The notes beneath the pieces were generated by a model. The model saw only the letters and a program-made list of their open reading frames with translations. It was not told the origin of the DNA and did no database searches. A stretch of 26,441 bases of DNA from an uncultured Anaerolineae bacterium (GTDB lineage Bacteria; Chloroflexota; Anaerolineae; Aggregatilineales; JAFGMM01): positions 1-26,441 of the forward strand of contig CAZJBO010000001.1 in NCBI GenBank assembly GCA_964544075.1, given 5' to 3'. Below, piece by piece: positions 1 through 6,784 of the stretch. The position numbers and the translations under genes were made by a program. Position 1 is the first letter of the stretch; each line of letters opens with the position of its first letter.

Positions 1-2
1 TT

Positions 3-1496
3 TATGCCGTCTCGGCCTCGGCGCTTGCCCTCCACAACGTGGGACGGGCACGCGCGCGCTGCCTGACACACTCCACACAGCGCCGCATGACCTATATGCT
101 CTATTCGATCTTGACGCCCATCGTCGGCGTGTTCCCATACACCTCACTGCTCAGCACCCCTCCGGCAAACGACGGTGTGTTCTGGCTGCTGGTGACCCTA
201 AGCAACGTCGGCGTCATCTTGATGCTTAGCTTCATGGCCTACCCCCTCTCATTCTTTGGCGGCGAGGTGCCGGACCGCGTCATCAAGACCCAACTCCTCG
301 AATTTTTCTTACGCGGGCCGTTTGTCGGCGTCATAGTCCTCTCGGTGATTATCGGTCTGCCGCGCGCCGGGCGGGTGGTGGGCATCCCCGGCGAAGAGCT
401 GATGCCCCTGGCCGCCGTGTTTAGCCTGATCTTCCTGGAGTGGATCGTCAATCGGGCGCTGCCCCTGCTGGAGAATCGGCTCATCTATGCCCAAGATGCC
501 GCCGAGATTCGGCAGATCCGCACGTTGAACAACCGCTTGCTCACCCGCAGCGACATCGACCAACTGCTCGAAGGCATCCTGGCGTCGGCTTGCGATTATC
601 TCCAGGTCGCCGGTGCCTTCGCCGCCTCAATCACTCCGGACGGGCCGGTCTTAGAGCAATCGATCGGATCGACCGAGGTGATCGCAAGCGCGCTGGCATC
701 GCCGGATTTCGGCAGTGCGCTTGCCCAACTCGCACAAGATTGCCCTCCACCCGCCGCATCAAAGCCGTCTGTGTCACAAACCAGCAGCGTGATCGCTTGG
801 CAACAATTCTGGCTGATCCCATTCTGGAACGGGGCAAACGAATCTGGCAACGGGCGCACGCTCTTCGGGTTGATGGGCGTGCAGATGCGCACCCATCAAC
901 CGGCCCTGACCGGTGAAGAGAGGCATGTGCTCAGCCGTCTCGCCGAACGCGCCGCCCACACCTTGCGCGACATGCGCATACAAGCCGAAGTGTTTGGGCG
1001 GCTCGAAGCGCTCATCCCGGAGATGGAAGCCATCGACCAACTACGTTGGATCACCCGATACCGGGGTGAACCCGGCGAAACAGCCGAGCACATTGTGGGG
1101 CAGCCGGGCTTTGAGGCCAAAGTCAAAGAGGCGCTTGGTCACTATTGGGGCGGGCCACGGCTCACCAAGAGCGCGCTGCAGAAGCTCCGGGTGACACAGG
1201 AACGCCTCCCGGCATATGATGGCAACCCGGCCAATGCGCTGCGTGCCGTGCTGCTCGAAGCTATCGAGCAACTGTGCCCCGAAGGGGTGCGCAGCATGAC
1301 CGCCGCCGAGTGGACGCTGTACAATATATTAGAGCTGCGCTTCATCCAGGGCCGCAAGGTGCGCGATGTGGCAAGGCGGCTGGCGATCAGCGAATCGGAC
1401 TTGTATCGCAAGCAGCGCATCGCGATCGGCGAAGTGGCACGGATACTCACCGATATGGAACAAAACACAGACAGCCCCACCGCTCCCCCAGAGTAA
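3..1496 (+). CDS. 5'-truncated membrane-anchored regulator: N-terminal TM sensor region (HisKA_7TM-like), GAF-like middle region, C-terminal sigma70-region-4-like HTH
   Basis: Frame is open from base 3 (YAVSASALALHNVGR...), so the true start lies upstream of the window. Several hydrophobic helices occur in the first ~140 aa. The C-terminus LYNILELRFIQGRKVRDVARRLAISESDLYRKQRIAI is a typical sigma4/LuxR-type HTH. No H-box or HATPase motifs are visible. Confidence 0.7.
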   Translation, partial: YAVSASALALHNVGRARARCLTHSTQRRMTYMLYSILTPIVGVFPYTSLLSTPPANDGVFWLLVTLSNVGVILMLSFMAYPLSFFGGEVPDRVIKTQLLEFFLRGPFVGVIVLSVIIGLPRAGRVVGIPGEELMPLAAVFSLIFLEWIVNRALPLLENRLIYAQDAAEIRQIRTLNNRLLTRSDIDQLLEGILASACDYLQVAGAFAASITPDGPVLEQSIGSTEVIASALASPDFGSALAQLAQDCPPPAASKPSVSQTSSVIAWQQFWLIPFWNGANESGNGRTLFGLMGVQMRTHQPALTGEERHVLSRLAERAAHTLRDMRIQAEVFGRLEALIPEMEAIDQLRWITRYRGEPGETAEHIVGQPGFEAKVKEALGHYWGGPRLTKSALQKLRVTQERLPAYDGNPANALRAVLLEAIEQLCPEGVRSMTAAEWTLYNILELRFIQGRKVRDVARRLAISESDLYRKQRIAIGEVARILTDMEQNTDSPTAPPE

Positions 1497-1537
1497 TTGC
1501 TTGACAAAGTTGACGAAACAATCGGTAATCACGGGGC

Positions 1538-1562
1538 CGGGCGTGAGCCACCGGCGCGCCCG
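1538..1562 (+). terminator. GC-rich hairpin after the sensor-HTH gene (possible terminator or pause site)
   Basis: CGGGCGTG (1538-1545) pairs with CGCGCCCG (1555-1562): 8 bp including one G-U, 9-nt loop. No U-tract follows, so the terminator role is uncertain. Confidence 0.35.
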
Positions 1563-1568
1563 CCACGG

Positions 1569-1597
1569 TTGACTCGCATCAGAACAAGGGGTATAAT
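1569..1597 (+). promoter_or_regulatory. sigma70-type promoter for the DUF4388-GTPase-hydrolase operon
   Basis: TTGACT (1569-1574), 17-bp spacer, TATAAT (1592-1597); near-consensus. Confidence 0.8.
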
Positions 1598-1604
1598 GCC
1601 TCAC

Positions 1605-1624
1605 GTTGCAGGGGTCCCTGTAAC
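1605..1624 (+). promoter_or_regulatory. 5'-terminal stem-loop of the operon leader
   Basis: GTTGCAGG-ggtc-CCTGTAAC, an 8-bp stem starting about at the expected transcription start. Confidence 0.5.
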
Positions 1625-1694
1625 TTGGCGAGCATTCGGTTCGTTGTATTTTCGCTGTGAGTGAATCTGGCTTTAATGTGAGGACAAGGTATAC

Positions 1695-2519
1695 ATGGCG
1701 CTCAAAGGCGACCTGGAGCACTTTAGCACCACACAGCTTCTTAATCTGGTCAACTTGGCACGCAAAACAGGCACACTGTTCATCGAACAGACAGAGAAGA
1801 AACGAGCGCAGATTTCATTCCGCGAAGGCAAGCTCATCTATGCGCAAGCCGGAGGAACCGGCGGACAGTTGGCCGATATGCTCCACAAAGGCGGTAAGCT
1901 ATCTGATAGCCAGGTTCGTCTAATTAAAGAGCGCGCCAGAGCAACCAGCGATAAACAACTTGGCTTACTGCTTATTAATGCAGGCTATGTCAGCCAGGCT
2001 GATATCATTCAAAGCATCCAACAATATACACTCGGAATAGTGCACAGCATCTTGGCATGGAACAAAGGGCGATTCACTTTCAAAGACAACCACATGCCGC
2101 CGCCAGATCGCATCACCGTACCGATTGACCTCGAAAACGTCATCATCGAACACACCCGCAATCTGCGCGAGCTGGAACACCTCGAACGCGAACTCCCGAA
2201 CCTCGACTTCGCCCTCAAGTTCCCCGAACGGCCCGGCGCAAGCCTCCGTAACATCAATTTGAACGTCGAAGAATGGCGCGTGGTTTCCTTCATTAACCCG
2301 ACGAATTCCATCCGCCAGATCGCTAAAGCCAACAATATGAACGACACGCAGATTCGCCAGGTCGTATACGGCTTGTTGCAGGCAGGGTTGGTCGAATTAG
2401 TACGACCACCGCGCGTCGCCCAGCCTCAAGGCACTTCGTCGCGACGCCGACGCGCACAGACACCACAGATCAAGAAAACTGTGGTCAATAAACTTATTAG
2501 TCGAATCAAATCTCTATAG
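1695..2519 (+). CDS. DUF4388 (PATAN-like) domain protein with C-terminal winged helix
   Basis: N-terminus MALKGDLEHFSTTQLLNLVNLARKTGTL...ISFREGKLIYA is the DUF4388 pattern, with WNKGRFTF closing the domain. C-terminal LNVEEWRVVSFINPTNSIRQIAKANNMNDTQIRQVVYGLLQAGLVELV is wHTH-like. GAGG/AAGG SD-like sequence precedes the ATG. Confidence 0.85.
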   Translation: MALKGDLEHFSTTQLLNLVNLARKTGTLFIEQTEKKRAQISFREGKLIYAQAGGTGGQLADMLHKGGKLSDSQVRLIKERARATSDKQLGLLLINAGYVSQADIIQSIQQYTLGIVHSILAWNKGRFTFKDNHMPPPDRITVPIDLENVIIEHTRNLRELEHLERELPNLDFALKFPERPGASLRNINLNVEEWRVVSFINPTNSIRQIAKANNMNDTQIRQVVYGLLQAGLVELVRPPRVAQPQGTSSRRRRAQTPQIKKTVVNKLISRIKSL

Positions 2520-2582
2520 GGCGTCTCATCAAACGGCTCGAAAGCCCATCGGTTAAGACTTGCACCTGGAAGAGCGAGACTT

Positions 2583-3113
2583 ATGCAAACTGTCAAAATG
2601 GTCGTCACCGGTCCCTTTAGCTCGGGCAAAACCGAGTTTATACGCTCAATCAGCGAGATCGAAGTAGTCTCGACTGAACGTGAAATCACAACCCCTGCCG
2701 AGAGGATGAAAGACGCCACTACGGTGGCGATGGATTTCGGTCGCATCACGGTAGATGACGACCTGGTCCTCTACCTCTTCGGCACACCGGGCCAGCGCCG
2801 CTTTGACTTTATGTGGGAAATCTTGGCCGAGGGGATGCTAGGCTTCGTCGTAATGGTCGATAGCGCCAAGCCCGAAACCTTCCGCGAGGCCAAAAGTATC
2901 CTCGAAACCTTCCGCGCTTACGCCCCCACCCCATATGTGGTGGCAGCCAATAAGCAAGACCTGCCCGATGCCTGGGCCGCCGATGACCTTCGTATCGCGT
3001 TGCGTGTAGAAGACAACGTCAAGCTCTTACCCTGCACCGCAACCGATAAAGAAAGCGTCAAAAACGTCTTGCTTGAACTCCTCTACTCCATCTTGGAGGA
3101 AATGGAAACCTAA
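2583..3113 (+). CDS. small Ras-like GTPase, CvnD/MglA family (ATP_bind_1-like)
   Basis: G1 GPFSSGKT, switch I TTVAMDFG, G3 variant GTPGQ, RFDFMW, G4 NKQD. The stretch TTVAMDFGRITVDDDLVLYLFGTPGQ matches the actinobacterial conservon CvnD signature. Confidence 0.9.
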   Translation: MQTVKMVVTGPFSSGKTEFIRSISEIEVVSTEREITTPAERMKDATTVAMDFGRITVDDDLVLYLFGTPGQRRFDFMWEILAEGMLGFVVMVDSAKPETFREAKSILETFRAYAPTPYVVAANKQDLPDAWAADDLRIALRVEDNVKLLPCTATDKESVKNVLLELLYSILEEMET

Positions 3114-3173
3114 CAGCGTTTTAACACGCGGCATCTACACACCGCACCAAAGCCAGGGAGAAGACGAGCCGCC

Positions 3174-3980
3174 GTGAGCACGATTGTCACCGATCAAGGA
3201 ATCGTCCATTACGAAACCTATGGGTCGGGCAAGCCGGTATTATTACTGCATGGCTGGCTCGGCTCTTGGGCGCTGTGGCGCGACACCATCAAGACCCTCG
3301 GAGGGCACCGGGGCGGGTTCCGCACCTATGCGCTCGACTTCTGGGGCTTCGGCGAAAGCGGCGATAGACGCGAGAGCTTCGCCGTCGATGACTTCATCTC
3401 CCTGGTCCATCAATTCATAGAACGCCTCGGCATTATCCAAGCCCCCCTGGTCGGACACTCGATGGGCGGCACAGTCTCCCTCGGTATGGCGCTCGACCAC
3501 CCAGACCAAGTGCGCAAGATCATGGTCATCGGCGCGCCCATAGACGGCGCCTCGCTCAGCCCCATGCTCAAGCTGCTCGGCTATTCCTTCATCGGCACAT
3601 TGATGCGCAGCACATTGGGCTACCCACTGTTCAAAGTCGGGATGCGCATATGGGCACCCTGGATGGCAAAAGACGCCCAGGGCGTATGGAAGATGCTGAT
3701 CCGCGACACCGACCAAACCAGCGCACAATCGTTCTTCGAAAGCATCGGCACACTGCGCAAAACCGACCTGCGCCCACGCCTGGGCGAGATCAAAGTCCCT
3801 GTAATGGGCATCTATGGCAAGAAGGACGTAATCGTCAACCCCAACCAACACAAAGCACTCGCCCAGGGTGTACCACACGCCCAAATCAAGCTCCGCCCCG
3901 ACTCCGGACACTTCACCATGCTCGACGAACCGGAATTCTTCGTACGGACAATCCGAGATTTCCTGCTTAGCGAAGATTAG
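3174..3980 (+). CDS. alpha/beta-fold hydrolase (Abhydrolase_1/6)
   Basis: Oxyanion motif LLHGW, nucleophile elbow GHSMGG, acid in GKKDVIV, His in SGHFTM. GTG start. Confidence 0.9.
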   Translation: MSTIVTDQGIVHYETYGSGKPVLLLHGWLGSWALWRDTIKTLGGHRGGFRTYALDFWGFGESGDRRESFAVDDFISLVHQFIERLGIIQAPLVGHSMGGTVSLGMALDHPDQVRKIMVIGAPIDGASLSPMLKLLGYSFIGTLMRSTLGYPLFKVGMRIWAPWMAKDAQGVWKMLIRDTDQTSAQSFFESIGTLRKTDLRPRLGEIKVPVMGIYGKKDVIVNPNQHKALAQGVPHAQIKLRPDSGHFTMLDEPEFFVRTIRDFLLSED

Positions 3981-4139
3981 ACGATACAAAAAAGGGGGAA
4001 CCAAGCAAGGTTTCGATCACACAGGTCATAGAGTTTCTCCCAATATTTCTCCACCCGCACCCCCTCTGTGCATCCCGTGGCGATCCCACTCCCCCATCAG
4101 TGTACATGAAGCGGCTCTGCGCGGAAGCCAAACTTAGCA

Positions 4140-4145
4140 TATAAT
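4140..4145 (+). promoter_or_regulatory. possible -10 element for the LbH/AAR-like gene pair
   Basis: TATAAT at 4140-4145, 38 nt before the ATG at 4184, which has SD AAAGGA (4172-4177). No convincing -35. Confidence 0.4.
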
Positions 4146-4183
4146 TAAGGAACCACCTCACGCAATGCAGCAAAGGACCACAC

Positions 4184-5608
4184 ATGGCTAAAGGTGCCCG
4201 CGAATACCCACCCCAAATCCGCAAGGTCGTTATCGAAGAACTACGCCTCATCCTCCCCTTCAACGACCGCGCGCGCAACCTCAGCATCCTCAACAAACCC
4301 TTGTGGCTCTTCCAACGCGAAGCCCTAGAAGCGATGCTGGGCAACCGCTGCCTGGAAGAACCCCCCATCGACCACCTGAGAAACCTCCCGCCCCACGAAG
4401 ACAAACTGCCCATATTGATCCACCGCGAAGACCTGTTTTTCGACAAAGAATACATCGAAGCATTCTGGTCACAAGCAAAAGACCTCGACCGTCCATGCCA
4501 GGCCGCCTTCTACACCATCGACCCCGACGCCAGCCCCGAACAAGCCCTAGAAGACCGCGAACGCAACGACCGCGCCTTCACCACATACGCGCTCCCCCTC
4601 ACCAAAAACTTCGCGTGTGGGCGCGAGGCCGACGGACGCTATCTCTGCCGCGTCCCGCTGTGGTACTTCCCCAATGGCCTGCCCGAAGGCGGCATCCAAA
4701 CCGAAGGCTCATACCGCATCTACTTCGAACCAATCATCGTCCAGAGCGGCTATCGCGAAGCCGGCTACTACAGCGTCCCATCGTTCATGTCAACCGAGTT
4801 GGGCGACCTACAACACTTACTGCCGGCACGCAGTATGCTGTCCATCGAAAGCTGGGTACACATCTACTACGCCAACATCCTGTTCGGCATCTTCGCCATC
4901 GGCAGCCGCTTCGAAGAACACGCCGACCGCGATTGGCGCTTCCGGCTGCGCATCATGCTGCAAGCCATGCTCGAACAACGCCAGATGCTATCATGCTCTA
5001 AGGTCGTCCACATGGGCCGCAACGTCCACATCGACCCATCCGTCATCATACAAGGCCCCGCCTGGATCGGCGACGACGTGACCATAGAGGCCGGTGCCGT
5101 CATCACCAACTGCATCATCGGCGCAAACGTCAGCATCGGCAACGATTGCCAACTCTTCCTCAGCGTCGTAGGCGAGGGATGCTTCCTCCCCTTCAAAGCC
5201 TCCCTCTTCATGAGCGTGCTCATGAAGAACTCCATAGTGGCACAGAACACCTGCCTGCAAATGGCCGTAGTTGGGCGCAATTCCTTCATAGGGGCCGGCA
5301 ACACCTTCACCGACTTCATGATGGTGCCCCAGCTCAAAGGCGAATCCCTAAAGGCCAACGGCCCCAACGGACTAGAACCTACCGGGCAGATCGTCTTAGG
5401 CGGCTGTGTGGGACATAACTGCCGCATCGGGTCGGGCTTGGTCATACACCCCGCCCGCATGATCGAAAGCGATGTGATCCTCTTCAGCGCACCCGAACGC
5501 CGCGTCATCAAGCGCAACATCACTTACGAAGAAAGCGACCACCACAAGCTCCCCGCCGAACGCGCCGAGCTGCACAAACGTTGGGACGCCGAAGAAGACG
5601 AATGGTAA
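4184..5608 (+). CDS. GlmU-like protein: degenerate nucleotidyltransferase-like N-terminus plus left-handed beta-helix (hexapeptide repeats)
   Basis: Hexapeptide repeats run from about residue 270 (MGRNVHIDPSVIIQGPAWIGDDVTIEAGAVITNCIIGANVSIG...FIGAGNTF...VGHNCRIGSG). N-terminal LSILNKPLW resembles the NTase 'LxxxNKPL' segment but the GxGxR motif is missing. Confidence 0.7.
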   Translation: MAKGAREYPPQIRKVVIEELRLILPFNDRARNLSILNKPLWLFQREALEAMLGNRCLEEPPIDHLRNLPPHEDKLPILIHREDLFFDKEYIEAFWSQAKDLDRPCQAAFYTIDPDASPEQALEDRERNDRAFTTYALPLTKNFACGREADGRYLCRVPLWYFPNGLPEGGIQTEGSYRIYFEPIIVQSGYREAGYYSVPSFMSTELGDLQHLLPARSMLSIESWVHIYYANILFGIFAIGSRFEEHADRDWRFRLRIMLQAMLEQRQMLSCSKVVHMGRNVHIDPSVIIQGPAWIGDDVTIEAGAVITNCIIGANVSIGNDCQLFLSVVGEGCFLPFKASLFMSVLMKNSIVAQNTCLQMAVVGRNSFIGAGNTFTDFMMVPQLKGESLKANGPNGLEPTGQIVLGGCVGHNCRIGSGLVIHPARMIESDVILFSAPERRVIKRNITYEESDHHKLPAERAELHKRWDAEEDEW

Positions 5609-6687
5609 GCGCCACACCCGACACCTTCGCCTTCATCATCCACCCCATCAACCCCAGAGCCGATGTCAGCCGCAAGTGGCCCCATCTGGGCCGTTTGCTC
5701 ACAGACCGGGGGATCGATGCCCTCTCACGCTTCTTCCCGCCGGTCTACATCTCACAGATCGAGGGCGTGCGCTCCCAAGAAACCGGTCGCACCCTGACCG
5801 GCTGGTTCATCGCCGTGCCCTACACCCCCAAGAAGATGCGCAGCCTCCCCCCCACAACCGTCTATAAGAAGGTTATCGCAGCCGGGCGCATGGCCGAGCG
5901 ACGCGGCGCACGCATCATGGGGCTGGGCGCATTCACCGCCGTGGTCGGCGACGCCGGTGTCAGCATCGCAGAGGCGCTCGATATTCCGGTGACTACCGGC
6001 GATAGCTATACCATCTATGTCGCGGTCGAAGCACTCCGCGCCGCCGCGCGTGCGATGGGTATCGAGATGGCGCAAGCGAGCTGTGCCGTGGTCGGCGCAA
6101 CCGGGGCCATCGGTGGAACCTGTGCAGCGCTCCTCGCGCGGGATGTGGCCGAACTCATCCTCATCGGTCGCCGCCCCGACGCGCTGGCGGCAGTGCGCGC
6201 ACGCTGTGTGGGTAAGGCGGGGAAGGTCCGCACTTCGCTAGAGGTAGACGACATCTGCGAGGCCGACATCATCCTCACCGCCAGCAGCGCAGTCGGGCCG
6301 CTGGTGCACCCGGAACAGCTCAAGCCCGGCGCAGTGGTCTGTGATATTGCCGTCCCGCGCGACGTAGCGGCGAGCGTGGCGCGCGCACGGGACGACGTCT
6401 TCGTCTTTGACGGCGGCATGGTGCGTGTGCCGGGCGCGGTTGATTTCCACTTTGACTTTGGGATGCCGCCGGGCATGGCCTATGCGTGCATGGCCGAGAC
6501 TATGGCGCTGGCGCTGGAGGGTCGCTATGAAGACTATACCCTGGGGCGCGACATCACAACCGCTCAGGTAGACGAGATCGCGGCGATTGCGGCCCGGCAC
6601 GGCTTCGCTTTGGGCGGGTTCCGCAGCTTTGACCGCGCAGTATCTGAAGCCGACATCGCGCGGGTGCGCGCACGGGCCGGACGTTAA
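5602..6687 (+). CDS. acyl-ACP reductase (AAR)-like / COG5322 NAD(P)-dependent dehydrogenase
   Basis: FAFIIHP start, GLGAFTAVV, PVTTGDSYT, Rossmann VVGATGAIG, and AYACMAETM (equivalent to cyanobacterial AAR FACFAE with the catalytic Cys). Start set at ATG 5602, which overlaps the upstream stop (ATGGTAA). Confidence 0.8.
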   Translation: MVSATPDTFAFIIHPINPRADVSRKWPHLGRLLTDRGIDALSRFFPPVYISQIEGVRSQETGRTLTGWFIAVPYTPKKMRSLPPTTVYKKVIAAGRMAERRGARIMGLGAFTAVVGDAGVSIAEALDIPVTTGDSYTIYVAVEALRAAARAMGIEMAQASCAVVGATGAIGGTCAALLARDVAELILIGRRPDALAAVRARCVGKAGKVRTSLEVDDICEADIILTASSAVGPLVHPEQLKPGAVVCDIAVPRDVAASVARARDDVFVFDGGMVRVPGAVDFHFDFGMPPGMAYACMAETMALALEGRYEDYTLGRDITTAQVDEIAAIAARHGFALGGFRSFDRAVSEADIARVRARAGR

Positions 6688-6745
6688 GTGTCTGTTCATC
6701 TTGCTCTCTGTGGGAGCTGCTGACCGATTTGTAGCCCCTCGCATC

Positions 6746-6774
6746 TCGACAGCCGCACCGCGCCCCGCTATACT
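6746..6774 (+). promoter_or_regulatory. sigma70-type promoter giving a near-leaderless transcript
   Basis: TCGACA (6746-6751), 17 bp, TATACT (6769-6774). The ATG at 6785 is 10 nt downstream with no SD. Confidence 0.6.
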
Positions 6775-6784
6775 CCTCTGCGCT

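Noticed and set aside
1540-1552. GGCGTGAGCCACC is the reverse complement of part of the human Alu/7SL-like 5' end (GGTGGCTCACGCC)
   Set aside because: Only 13 nt match, inside a GC-rich bacterial hairpin. No Alu body, poly-A or SRP S-domain follows, so this is best explained by chance, not contamination or an SRP RNA.
3243-4004. 253-aa antisense ORF over the hydrolase (likewise 4867-5523, 10692-11438, 16001-16738, 20723-21451, 22542-23159)
   Set aside because: Each mirrors a well-supported gene on the opposite strand. Long stop-free antisense frames are expected at this GC content and none shows family motifs.
3987-4016. A6G5 run plus GGAACC/GGTTTC hairpin after the hydrolase as a terminator
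   Set aside because: The stem has no U-tract on the + strand. On the minus strand, where the T-run lies, the stem is mismatched and no gene needs terminating.
4303-5001. 232-aa Arg/Pro-rich ORF overlapping the LbH gene in another + frame
   Set aside because: A shadow ORF caused by C-rich third positions of the real gene; low-complexity composition, no motifs.
6587-6784. 66-codon N-terminal extension of the GT-C ORF given by the ORF track; similar extensions at 5581, 9219, 15144, 17167, 19862 and 23504
   Set aside because: These overlap neighbouring genes, promoters or the MITE target duplication. Downstream starts have an SD, coupling overlaps or family-typical N-termini.
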